In this document: piece after piece, positions 39,401 through 48,198 of the stretch | Layout: every line of letters begins with the position of its first letter | Numbering within the stretch: position 1 is the first letter of the stretch | Assembly: GCA_963677595.1 (NCBI GenBank) | Contig: OY782041.1 | Coordinates: 2,752,001-2,816,000 of the forward strand | From: Spirochaetia bacterium | GTDB lineage: Bacteria; Spirochaetota; Spirochaetia; CAKZLE01 | DNA: 64,000 bases | Direction of reading: 5' to 3' | Program-made: the position numbers and the translations under genes | The notes under the pieces: model-generated | What the model saw: the letters and a program-made list of their open reading frames with translations, nothing else | Database searches by the model: none | Told to the model about the DNA's origin: nothing

Positions 39401-39472
39401 GACGGACTCCTTTTTAAGCACACGGTAACATCGACAGCTGTACGCCTTTATCATACAACTCTTTAACGTAAC

Positions 39473-39484
39473 GCACACGTGTGC
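39473..39484. promoter_or_regulatory. LacI-type operator
   Basis: Perfect palindrome GCACACGTGTGC with central CG, just downstream of the predicted TSS. Confidence 0.6.
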
Positions 39485-39492
39485 ATAACTAG

Positions 39493-39521
39493 AGCATAGA
39501 CCCGGTCAGGGTATTTGTCAA
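39493..39521 (-). promoter_or_regulatory. sigma70 promoter of lacI-aglEFG
   Basis: TTGACA-17bp-TATGCT. Confidence 0.7.
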
Positions 39522-39578
39522 GGAAAAATGAAAGCACTTTCATAATTATTTTCATAGCTCTCATCTTCTCCACTTCTC

Positions 39579-39607
39579 TTGACACACCGCCTAACTTTCC
39601 TTACACT
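39579..39607 (+). promoter_or_regulatory. tRNA promoter
   Basis: TTGACA-17bp-TACACT. Confidence 0.7.
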
Positions 39608-39629
39608 GTGCAGGCTATTGAAGATAGAT

Positions 39630-39703
<74 letters not shown>

Positions 39704-39747
39704 ACATACAGGTTACCGACAGGTAATACACGTAACAGTCTTAAAGG

Positions 39748-39788
39748 AAACGCATGCGGCAGGAGAGGTCCTGATGCATGCGTTTTTT
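39748..39788 (+). terminator. Rho-independent terminator after tRNA
   Basis: AAACGCATGC...GCATGCGTTTTTT. Confidence 0.7.
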
Positions 39789-40016
39789 ATGCCCTCAGCA
39801 AAGCCGTGACTACGCCTATTCGTAAAGTTCACAAAAATAGTAAACAATTTGCCTCAAACCCTTGCTTTCCTGTTTTTCCCTAAGTATTTTCACCTTAACA
39901 GGGAGTTCTTTCAGTAGGGGATGGAATCCTGCTTGATAAGTCGATCTCTGGTGAAAAGCTAGTTTTACCGGCATGACCGGTGATTTGAATTGTTTACATT
40001 CTTAGAGGAGTTAGCC

Positions 40017-42047
40017 ATGCATACAGGAAATGTTCATAGGAAAAAGATTATGATCAGAACCGCTGTGGTTGTACTTGTACTATTGCTGGCATTCACAGCT
40101 ACAGGCTGTGATCTGATCTTTGGTTTCTTTGGGGAGGGCGGTCCGGAAGACCTCAGCGCTTCCCTGTTTGATCTCTCGGTTTCTGATGGAACGCTCAGTC
40201 CAGTATTCGATCCATTAGCAACGGATTATACCGTGAATGTCGATAACAGCGTAGACAGCATCACGGTGACCGGAGATCCGTTCGACCCGATCGCTTTCGT
40301 CAGTGAGAACAGCGGGGCAGCACAGAGCCTGGACGTGGGATCGAACGATATCGTGATTACGGTGACTGCCGCTGACGGTGTTACCACGAAGAACTACACC
40401 GTTACCGTCATCAGGGCGGCATCAACCGGCAATGCGGCATTGTCTAGTCTTACCGTCTCAGAAGGGACGCTCAGCCCGGCATTCGATGCATCAACCATCG
40501 CCTATAGCGTGTCAGTGGCGAATAGCGTAGACAGCATCACGGTGACAGGAACTGCTGATGACTCAAACGCATCGCTGAGCGCGAACAACGGGGCAGCACA
40601 GAGCCTGAGCGTGGGAGCAAATGATATCGTGATCACGGTGACTGCCGCTGACGGTGTTACCACGAAGGACTACACCGTAACGGTGACACGAGAAGCACCA
40701 TCGGACAATGCGGCATTGTCTAGTCTTACCGTCTCAGAAGGGACGCTCAGCCCGGCATTCGATGCATCAACCATCGCCTATAGCGTGTCAGTGGCGAATA
40801 GCGTAGACAGCATCACGGTGACAGGAACTGCTGATGACTCAAACGCATCGCTGAGCGCGAACAACGGGGCAGCACAGAGCCTGAGCGTGGGAGCAAATGA
40901 TATCGTGATCACGGTAACCGCAGCAGACGGGACCACCACGAAGGACTATACCGTAACGGTGACCCGAGAGGCACCATCGGACAATGCGACATTGTCAGGT
41001 CTTACCGTCTCTGAAGGGACGCTCAGCCCGGCATTCGATGCAGCGACCATAGCCTATAGCGTGTCAGTGGCGAACAGCGTAGACAGCATCACGGTGACAG
41101 GAACTGCTGACGATGCAAACGCATCGCTGAGCGCGAACAGCGGGGTAGCACAGAGCCTGAGCGTAGGAGCGAACGATATCGTGATCACGGTAACCGCAGC
41201 AGACGGAACCACCACAAAGGACTATACCGTGACAGTGACACGAGAGGGAGCACCAGTCTCTTTTAACTCTCCTTATGGGGTAGTGAAGGTCGGCAGTTCT
41301 TTATATGTCGCTGATTTTTCCGCTCATAGCATAGTTAAAGTCAATCCTGAAACATTAGAAGTGACAACTTTCGCCGGCAACCCATTAATGGGGTCAACTG
41401 ACGGCACCGGAGAAGCAGCATCATTTAATACTCCAATTATGGCAGCCACAGATGGGAATTACTTGTACGTTACGGATTATGGTGCGGGATCGATTAGAAG
41501 GATCAATCTAGCCACAAGAGAAGTCTCCACTATCTTAGGTACTGGGACATATAGTGCTCCTACAGGGATAGTGTATTCTGCAGGTACCCTCTATGTAGCA
41601 ACAGAATCTGGTCAATTATATACGATAGATATTTCAGATCCTGCCAATGCGGTGTCAACCATGATAAATCTTTCAGGTGGTTTTTTAGGTTCAGTGTATG
41701 AAATGGTGCTGAGCGGCACTACGTTGTACGTTGCAGATCATGATTATGGGAATATTAAAAGCATAGCATTGACCACTGATGGGAATACAGTCAATGGTGC
41801 AGTTTCATCCATAGCTGACAGCGTCCTAACCAACCCGGTTGGTTTGTTCTTGGAAGGAACGGATCTCTATGTGACGGATTATGGTCAGGGGAAGGTACTT
41901 TCTATCGATATCTCTGAAGGCGGTGGTTACAGCAGTTCTACAGTCATTCCTTCGATATCTTACCCCTGGGGTATCGTAAAAGACGGGACGACTTTCTACA
42001 TCACTCTGCTCCAAGATGCAACCCTGCAGAAAATAGAAGTACTGTGA
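40017..42047 (+). CDS. Surface lipoprotein with four cadherin-like beta-sandwich repeats and a C-terminal NHL-like beta-propeller
   Basis: Lipobox TATG-C; 92-aa repeats (LSPAFD..YSVSV..ITVT..ITVTAADG.TTKDYTVTV); propeller repeats (FNSPYGV, LYVAD, DGTGEAASFNTP); SD GAGGAG. Confidence 0.85.
   Translation: MHTGNVHRKKIMIRTAVVVLVLLLAFTATGCDLIFGFFGEGGPEDLSASLFDLSVSDGTLSPVFDPLATDYTVNVDNSVDSITVTGDPFDPIAFVSENSGAAQSLDVGSNDIVITVTAADGVTTKNYTVTVIRAASTGNAALSSLTVSEGTLSPAFDASTIAYSVSVANSVDSITVTGTADDSNASLSANNGAAQSLSVGANDIVITVTAADGVTTKDYTVTVTREAPSDNAALSSLTVSEGTLSPAFDASTIAYSVSVANSVDSITVTGTADDSNASLSANNGAAQSLSVGANDIVITVTAADGTTTKDYTVTVTREAPSDNATLSGLTVSEGTLSPAFDAATIAYSVSVANSVDSITVTGTADDANASLSANSGVAQSLSVGANDIVITVTAADGTTTKDYTVTVTREGAPVSFNSPYGVVKVGSSLYVADFSAHSIVKVNPETLEVTTFAGNPLMGSTDGTGEAASFNTPIMAATDGNYLYVTDYGAGSIRRINLATREVSTILGTGTYSAPTGIVYSAGTLYVATESGQLYTIDISDPANAVSTMINLSGGFLGSVYEMVLSGTTLYVADHDYGNIKSIALTTDGNTVNGAVSSIADSVLTNPVGLFLEGTDLYVTDYGQGKVLSIDISEGGGYSSSTVIPSISYPWGIVKDGTTFYITLLQDATLQKIEVL
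40155..41258 (+). repeat. Four tandem 276-bp intragenic repeats
   Basis: Units start at about 40155, 40431, 40707 and 40983. Units 2 and 3 are almost identical at DNA level; unit 1 is diverged. Confidence 0.9.
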
Positions 42048-42204
42048 TAGTTTGATCCATCATCGTATTACGGGCTGTCTCTACCAAGAGGCAGCCCGCA
42101 TCGTGTATACCCAGGGAATGATGCTTCATCGTATGCACCAATGCTCCAGCTGACCGAACTATCTCTTTGTTCTAAAAGAAACACAGTAATTTGATCGAAT
42201 AATA

Positions 42205-42263
42205 TTGACAGCGCTGTCATTCGGTGGTAGGATGCTGTTATTCTGATTGACAGCGCTGTCAAT
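42205..42263 (+). promoter_or_regulatory. sigma70 promoter with two LacI operators
   Basis: TTGACA-17-(TG)TAGGAT; palindromes TGACAGCGCTGTCA (42206-42219) and ATTGACAGCGCTGTCAAT (42246-42263). Confidence 0.85.
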
Positions 42264-42279
42264 AGTTGCAGGAGTAGTT

Positions 42280-43302
42280 TTGAGTGTAACGATGCTTGAT
42301 GTGGCAAAGAAAGCAGGAGTCTCATTGAAGACGGTCTCACGGGTCGTCAATGAAGAGGCCTCGGTCTCTGAGAAAACCCGGACCAGGGTGTTGGAAGTGA
42401 TCAGGGAGCTGAAGTTTGTTCCCAACCTCGCCGCAGCGACCCTCGTCCGGAGGAAGGCCATGGCAATAGGGCTGGTCCTCGGCTGGCCGTTGAAGTCCAC
42501 GTTCTCCGCGGCTCTTACGGATTCTGCCTTCAGCAGCTGCCAGAAGAGGGACTACGGACTTGTGCTCTTCTCGCGGAACACCCATATCAGACGTGATATC
42601 GAGAAAGCGATCACCGGTAAGCATATCGACGGACTCATCCTTGATTCACCATCGAGCATGGACAGGGAACTGGTGAGCCTCATCGAGTCGCTTGGTATCC
42701 CCTATGTGATCGTTCACCCCATCGAACTCCCGCATGCGGATGTTTCGTTCGTCGATATTGACGATTACGGCGGAGCGAAGCTTGCGATCTCGTATCTGAT
42801 CGAACTCGGGCACCGCCATATCGGGCTGATCCTCGAGGAGTCGAAACGCTTCCGAAAGCATAAACGCTATGCAGGGTACCTGGATGCCCTGACAGAGCAC
42901 GGCATACCAGTCAGGGAAGAGTATCAGTTCTTTGTCGGCAATGCCGTCAATTCCGGATTCCAGAACGGCCATGCAGGAGCAAGGGAACTCATGGAGAAGC
43001 ATCCGGAGCTTACCGCGATCTTCTGCGAGACCGATGAGACCGCCATGGGTGCCATGAGTGCTGTCTGGCAGGCAGGTAAATCCATCCCCGAAGATATCTC
43101 GATTATCGGCTTCGATGATATCAGGTATGCCGAGATGGTGAACCCTCCGCTGACGACGATCCGGCAGCCGGTCGATGCCATCTCAGAGGCGGCGGTAGCT
43201 GCGGTGATCGGGATGATCAAGGACCCTGAGCGTGAACCCGTACAGGAAGTCCTGTCGACCGAGCTGGTCGTCCGTAATTCCACACGGCCTCTTTTCGCGT
43301 GA
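42280..43302 (+). CDS. LacI family regulator
   Basis: TTG start after AGGAG; SVTMLDVAKKAGVSLKTVSRVVN; IIGFDDI and PLTTIRQP. Confidence 0.95.
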   Translation: MSVTMLDVAKKAGVSLKTVSRVVNEEASVSEKTRTRVLEVIRELKFVPNLAAATLVRRKAMAIGLVLGWPLKSTFSAALTDSAFSSCQKRDYGLVLFSRNTHIRRDIEKAITGKHIDGLILDSPSSMDRELVSLIESLGIPYVIVHPIELPHADVSFVDIDDYGGAKLAISYLIELGHRHIGLILEESKRFRKHKRYAGYLDALTEHGIPVREEYQFFVGNAVNSGFQNGHAGARELMEKHPELTAIFCETDETAMGAMSAVWQAGKSIPEDISIIGFDDIRYAEMVNPPLTTIRQPVDAISEAAVAAVIGMIKDPEREPVQEVLSTELVVRNSTRPLFA

Positions 43303-43414
43303 AGCATGGTCCATTGGGGCTGGATGTATGTGTATGAATCAATAACTGTGTTCGGAGAGAGAAGCAGTATGAAATAAAACAGGATCGTTCCAGATCCTAT
43401 GATTGGAGAAGAAG

Positions 43415-45283
43415 ATGGAAACTAACAGCTTTATAAACGATTTAGTACAACAGCAGTCCTCACTCGTCAGGGAGGAGGGCGGCTTCACCTACCGTGACTT
43501 GAACAAGAACGGCAAGCTCGATATCTACGAGGATCCCCGCCAGCCGGTAGAGGCACGTGTCGAGGACCTCCTGAGCCAGATGACCCTGGAAGAGAAGGCC
43601 GGTATGCTCTTCATCAACGGGTCAGTAGTCTCTGAGGACGGCTCGATCGATGCGGCTGGCTCGTTCGAGGACAACCCTGAGAAACCCTCTACGGCAAAAG
43701 GGCTGATGGAAGAGTTCTACATGACGCACTTCAACCTCTGGTCTGTACCGAGTTCGGGAGCCGTCTCCATCTGGTACAACAACATCCAGCGGTTCGCCGA
43801 GGAGACACGTCTGGGTATTCCCCTCACGATCGCTTCAGATCCGCGTAACCATTTCAGCAACTGTATCTATGACCAGCAGTCCAAGGACTTCTCAAGATGG
43901 TGCGGCCCATTGGGTCTGGCTGCAGTAGGGGAGCCCGAGTTCGTCAAGGACTATGCCAAGCACGTCAAGGCAGAGTACATGGCAGTGGGTATCCGTATGG
44001 CTCTCCACCCGCAGATCGACCTTGCGACAGAACCACGCTGGCCGAGGATCAGCGGCACCTTCGGTGAAGATGCCCACTTGAGTGCCAAGATGGTAAAGGC
44101 CTATATCGAGGAGTTCCAGGGAGAAGAGCTTGGTCCGGACAGCGTTGCCTGTATGACCAAGCACTGGCCCGGCGGCGGACCCCAGAAGGACGGTCTCGAT
44201 GCCCACTTCGATTTCCACCAGGGCCAGATCTACCCTGGTGACAACTTCGAGTACCACATCATTCCCTTCAAGGCGGCCTTCAAGGCAAAGACAGCTGCGA
44301 TCATGCCCTATTACGGTGTCCCCATGGACCAGACGGATGAGAACGTCGGTATGTCATACAACAAGATGATCATCACTGACCTGCTGCGGGAGAAATACCA
44401 GTATGATGGTGTGGTCTGTACCGACTGGGGCCTGGTCACGGACAAGAGGATCGAAGGTACGAACCTGATGAACCCTGCCAAGGCATGGGGTGTCGAGTCC
44501 CTCAGCATCATTGAACGGGTGCAGAAGATCATCGATGCCGGTGTAGACCAGTTCGGCGGGGAGAACTGCCCGAAATATGTATTGGAGTTAGTAAAGCAGG
44601 GCCAGATCTCTGAGGAGCGGATCGACCAGTCGGTCCGGCGACTGCTGCGCATGAAGTTCGAACTGGGCCTCTTCGATAACCCCTTCATCGATCAGAGCAT
44701 CGCCCCGGCGATCTTCGGCAGCGAAGAGCATATCACTGCAGGGATGACAGGCCAGTCACGCGCCATGACGCTGCTGAAGAATGAAGGCGGGGTCCTGCCG
44801 TTGAAGAAGACAAGCAAGATCTATGTGGAGAACATCGAGGCGGATGCGGCAGCCGAATACGGCGAAGTCGTATCGACTCCTGAAGAGGCTGATATTGCGA
44901 TCATCCGTCTGTATACCCCCTGGATCCCCGTAGAGACCGAGAACCCCGTCGGGCGCAACTTCCATCATGGTGACCTCGATTTCAAGGGTGAGGAGTTGGA
45001 AGCCATCATGAAACTGCTCAAGAAAGCACCTACCATCGTCGTCATCGGTATGGACCGACCTGCTGTCATCCCCGAGATCAGTGCTGCTGCGAAAGGCCTG
45101 CTCGTAGAGTATGGTGCCTATGATGAAGCAGTGCTGAACGTCATCTTCGGTAAGGTACACCCGGAAGGCAAGCTGCCGTTCGAGCTGCCGTCTTCGATGG
45201 AGGCCGTACGAAAGCAGCGCGCAGACGTACCCTATGACTCAGAGAACCCGCTCTACCCCTTCGGCTTCGGGCTGTCGTACTAG
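43415..45283 (+). CDS. Glycoside hydrolase family 3 (beta-glucosidase-like), cytoplasmic
   Basis: QMTLEEKAG, RLGIP, EPRWPR..GTFGED, TKHWPG, CTDWG nucleophile and PLYPFGFGLSY. Confidence 0.95.
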   Translation: METNSFINDLVQQQSSLVREEGGFTYRDLNKNGKLDIYEDPRQPVEARVEDLLSQMTLEEKAGMLFINGSVVSEDGSIDAAGSFEDNPEKPSTAKGLMEEFYMTHFNLWSVPSSGAVSIWYNNIQRFAEETRLGIPLTIASDPRNHFSNCIYDQQSKDFSRWCGPLGLAAVGEPEFVKDYAKHVKAEYMAVGIRMALHPQIDLATEPRWPRISGTFGEDAHLSAKMVKAYIEEFQGEELGPDSVACMTKHWPGGGPQKDGLDAHFDFHQGQIYPGDNFEYHIIPFKAAFKAKTAAIMPYYGVPMDQTDENVGMSYNKMIITDLLREKYQYDGVVCTDWGLVTDKRIEGTNLMNPAKAWGVESLSIIERVQKIIDAGVDQFGGENCPKYVLELVKQGQISEERIDQSVRRLLRMKFELGLFDNPFIDQSIAPAIFGSEEHITAGMTGQSRAMTLLKNEGGVLPLKKTSKIYVENIEADAAAEYGEVVSTPEEADIAIIRLYTPWIPVETENPVGRNFHHGDLDFKGEELEAIMKLLKKAPTIVVIGMDRPAVIPEISAAAKGLLVEYGAYDEAVLNVIFGKVHPEGKLPFELPSSMEAVRKQRADVPYDSENPLYPFGFGLSY

Positions 45284-45335
45284 ACTGACCGTGGTGACGA
45301 ACCACAAGATAGCATCGAAGGACTGATCGCAAAGA

Positions 45336-45369
45336 CAGGGCCTGCTCCCTCCTGAGGGGGCAGGCCCTG
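45336..45369. terminator. GC-rich hairpin after GH3
   Basis: CAGGGCCTGCTCCCT...AGGGGGCAGGCCCTG. Confidence 0.55.
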
Positions 45370-45475
45370 CTGTCACATAGCCTGGCATCCTCCGTCCCTC
45401 TGCTCCCAAGATCCCGGGAAATGGTGTAGTATACTCCTAACGTACGTCACAAGATACAAGCAAAAGGAGACTGCC

Positions 45476-46066
45476 ATGAAGAATCGCTGTGCCTGGTGTG
45501 GTACTGATCCCCTCTATAGCGCCTACCATGATGAGGAGTGGGGCGTCCCGGTCCATGATGACCGGAAGCTCTTCGAGTTCCTTGTCCTAGAGGGGGCGCA
45601 GGCCGGCCTGAGCTGGATCACCATCCTTCGCAGGAGGGAGCACTACCGCAGGGCCTTCGATGGTTTCGATTTTACCCGTGTCGCTCGCTATACCGATGAT
45701 GATATCTCGCGTCTCCTTGCCGATGACCGTATCATCCGCAACCGGCTGAAGGTCCGTGCCGCGGTGACCAACGCACGGTGCACGCTTGCAGTCATCGAGG
45801 AGTTCGGTTCCCTTGATGCATACCTGTGGGGCTTTGTCGGTGGAGAGCCTGTCATGAACTCCTGGGCTTCCCTCGCAGAGATCCCAGCCTCCACTGAAGC
45901 TTCTAAAGAGATGAGCCGGGAGCTGAAGAAGAGGGGCTTCTCCTTCGTCGGTCCCACGATCTGTTACGCCTTCATGCAGGCAGTCGGGATGGTCAATGAC
46001 CATACGACCGACTGCTTCCGGTATGCTGAGGTTAAGGAATCTCAATCTTCGCGCAACGGGAACTGA
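45476..46066 (+). CDS. tag: DNA-3-methyladenine glycosylase I
   Basis: RCAWC, YHDEEWG, LEGAQAGLSW, IIRNRLK and QAVGMVNDH. Confidence 0.97.
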   Translation: MKNRCAWCGTDPLYSAYHDEEWGVPVHDDRKLFEFLVLEGAQAGLSWITILRRREHYRRAFDGFDFTRVARYTDDDISRLLADDRIIRNRLKVRAAVTNARCTLAVIEEFGSLDAYLWGFVGGEPVMNSWASLAEIPASTEASKEMSRELKKRGFSFVGPTICYAFMQAVGMVNDHTTDCFRYAEVKESQSSRNGN

Positions 46067-46137
46067 ATCCGGCAGTGGTACCCTCTTGGTATAGATTACG
46101 CAGATGAAAACCATCTGCCATATAACCGGAGGTCATT

Positions 46138-46374
46138 ATGTATCGTGGATCATATATGCTGTTCGACCATGGGTTCTTTCCCTTTGGGAGTATCATCGTC
46201 ATCGTGCTGGGCGTGCTCATGCTCCTGGCGATCACCTACATCATCGTGAATGAGGTCAGGAAGGGCCGGAGTATGAGACATACCCGGACCCCGCTCGATA
46301 TCATCAACGAGAGGTATGACAAGGGTGAGCTCTCGCTCGAGGAGTATGTCAAGCTGGTAAAGGAACTCTCCTGA
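46138..46374 (+). CDS. SHOCT domain membrane protein
   Basis: One TM plus PLDIINERYDKGELSLEEY; SD GGAGG. Confidence 0.85.
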   Translation: MYRGSYMLFDHGFFPFGSIIVIVLGVLMLLAITYIIVNEVRKGRSMRHTRTPLDIINERYDKGELSLEEYVKLVKELS

Positions 46375-46387
46375 GACATAGATGAAC

Positions 46388-46411
46388 ATACCGGCTGATA
46401 CCAGCCGGTAT
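46388..46411. terminator. Hairpin between convergent SHOCT gene and rsgA
   Basis: ATACCGGCTG-ATAC-CAGCCGGTAT. Confidence 0.55.
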
Positions 46412-46419
46412 AGTCATCA

Positions 46420-47514
46420 TCAATTACGCCCGGTCCGCTTCCGCTCGTTCTTGAACTCCTTCTGGAACTTCGCGATCTGCTTCCACTTATCCCGGTGGGC
46501 ACGTGCCGCCTGCTCATCCTGTCTCGTCTTGAGGTAGTTCAGTTCCTTCATCAGGTCAAGATAATTCTCATACCTGCGGTAGTCCAGTTCCCCGGAGGCC
46601 AGTGCTGCCTGTACGGCGCAGCCGGGCTCCCCCTGGTGTGAGCAGTCTGAGAACCTACAGTCTTGCGCCAGTTCTGCGATATCACTGAAAGCAGCATCGG
46701 CACTGTCGCCGGTCGCCCAGAGCTGCAGTTCCCGCAGCCCGGGAGAGTCGATGAGCATGGTCCCGTCCCCGAGGAGGAAGAGGTCCCTGCTCGTGGTCGT
46801 GTGGCGGCCACGCAAGTCCCCCTCCCGCTGTGCACGGGTCTTCTGCAGTTCCTTCCCGGCAAGCGCATTGATCAGGGTCGACTTGCCTACTCCTGAAGGA
46901 CCGATGAAGGCGATAGTCTTCCCCGGTTTGAAGGGGAGGGCTTCCAGCCCCATGCCGGTCCCGGCACTGATGAGGAAGATATCGACCCCGGGAGCTGAGT
47001 TCTCAGCTGTCAGGATCGCCTGCTGCTGCTCTTCCTCGGTCGCGAGGTCAGCCTTGTTGAGCAGGATCACCGGTTTCGCACCGCTGTCCCAGGCGAGGAT
47101 GAGGTAGCGTTCGAGGCCGCCGGCGGTGAAGTTCCTCCCCCCGTTGATCCCGAAGACCAGCCCGATGGTGTCGATATTCGCCGCCATGACCTGTTCACTG
47201 GTACGATCTCCTGCCTCATTGCGGGAGAAGGCGCTCTTTCGTGGGAGCACCTCCTCGATGACCAGGAGGGTATCATCGCCCCTTCGGCACATGACCCAGT
47301 CTCCGATGACGGGGTAGTCGGAGCTGTCTGCCGCCTTGTACCGGAATGCTCCTGACACCTCGGCACGAAGCTCCATGCCTTCTGCTGCAACCAGATAGAT
47401 GTGACGGGCTTCACGGATGATGCGCCCGGGAACGAGACCCGTCCCTTCGTATCGTGCAAGGGATGACTCGAAGAAACTGCTCCATCCCCATCTTTCATAG
47501 TCTGTTCTGTTCAT
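46420..47514 (-). CDS. rsgA: Ribosome small subunit-dependent GTPase A
   Basis: Circularly permuted G motifs NKAD, GPSGVGKS, GRHTT and DSPG; Zn site CRFSDCSHQGEPGC. Confidence 0.96.
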   Translation of the reverse strand: MNRTDYERWGWSSFFESSLARYEGTGLVPGRIIREARHIYLVAAEGMELRAEVSGAFRYKAADSSDYPVIGDWVMCRRGDDTLLVIEEVLPRKSAFSRNEAGDRTSEQVMAANIDTIGLVFGINGGRNFTAGGLERYLILAWDSGAKPVILLNKADLATEEEQQQAILTAENSAPGVDIFLISAGTGMGLEALPFKPGKTIAFIGPSGVGKSTLINALAGKELQKTRAQREGDLRGRHTTTSRDLFLLGDGTMLIDSPGLRELQLWATGDSADAAFSDIAELAQDCRFSDCSHQGEPGCAVQAALASGELDYRRYENYLDLMKELNYLKTRQDEQAARAHRDKWKQIAKFQKEFKNERKRTGRN

Positions 47515-47882
47515 TGTATCCTCTCCAATGCATCGACTGCCGGGAAGGGCAGCCGGGTGATCGGCTTCGCCGCAAGGGCGAAGAGTCGTAGTTCGTTATC
47601 ATCGGCGGCGATCCTGTTCGCCCTGATGAACCCGCAGCTCGTGCACCTGTGGATGATCGACCACTCGCCTGAAGGCCGTACCCAGATGCCAATGGGCTCC
47701 ATGAGCCCCCTGCATCCGCACCTGCGGTCCCCGCTCCTCAGGTCTACATGGAGACTCCACAGGCAGGAGGGGCAGTGGTTGCGTATCTTCCCGCCTGCCT
47801 CAGGAGGCGGTACTGTCTGACCGCAGTTGCGGCAGATGAATGTTTCTGTCGTGTTCTGTATGATATGGCTGTGCCTGGACAT
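47511..47882 (-). CDS. RNHCP domain protein
   Basis: FICRNCG, RNHCPSCLWSLHVD, CRGLMEP, HRCTSCG and NRIAADD; ATGA overlap with rsgA. Confidence 0.93.
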   Translation of the reverse strand: MSRHSHIIQNTTETFICRNCGQTVPPPEAGGKIRNHCPSCLWSLHVDLRSGDRRCGCRGLMEPIGIWVRPSGEWSIIHRCTSCGFIRANRIAADDNELRLFALAAKPITRLPFPAVDALERIQ

Positions 47883-48037
47883 GCGTGTACCTCTCGTTGT
47901 GATGTCGTAAGTAAGAGTCGGTAGATAGATGTCCTGTTTATAGGCGAATCTGTTCGGATGAATGAGTTCGTGAGGATCAGAATGGATGTGTGACGGGTAT
48001 CTGTATAAATCTCTGCAGTCAGTATCCAGTCTGTTCC

Positions 48038-48073
48038 CTAAACAGGAACATCCCCGAATGCAATAGCTGACAT
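48038..48073 (-). CDS. Putative leader peptide MSAIAFGDVPV
   Basis: Perfect SD TAAGGAGG 5 nt before ATG; first ORF after the promoter, in a leader of about 220 nt before RNHCP-rsgA. Confidence 0.65.
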   Translation of the reverse strand: MSAIAFGDVPV

Positions 48074-48107
48074 GAACGCCTCCTTATCCTCAAAAGTTTC
48101 TTTTTCT

Positions 48108-48136
48108 ACTATAGTGCATGAAACCATTCCATGCAA
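48108..48136 (-). promoter_or_regulatory. sigma70 promoter of leader-RNHCP-rsgA
   Basis: TTGCAT-17bp-TATAGT. Confidence 0.65.
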
Positions 48137-48198
48137 GCAGTGAATGAGTTTCCATGATAGAATCACAAGGGAACCACCTCACACAGACAGGAGCGGTC

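Noticed and set aside
39790-39990. c-di-GMP riboswitch upstream of the adhesin (GCAAAGCC; TTTTCACC/GGTGAAAA pairing)
   Set aside because: The GGCAAAC..GAAA..GGACGCAAA core is missing; an Infernal scan would settle it
40155-41258. Tandem repeats as CRISPR or mobile element
   Set aside because: The 276-bp in-frame units have no spacers and encode protein domains
39704-42200. Integrative element at tRNA-Arg
   Set aside because: No integrase and no duplicated tRNA 3' end seen in the window
46079-46118. CsoR-like copper operator (TACC-N5-GGTA) and GCAGATG/CATCTGC repeat before the SHOCT gene
   Set aside because: Spacing is shorter than typical CsoR sites and there are no copper genes nearby
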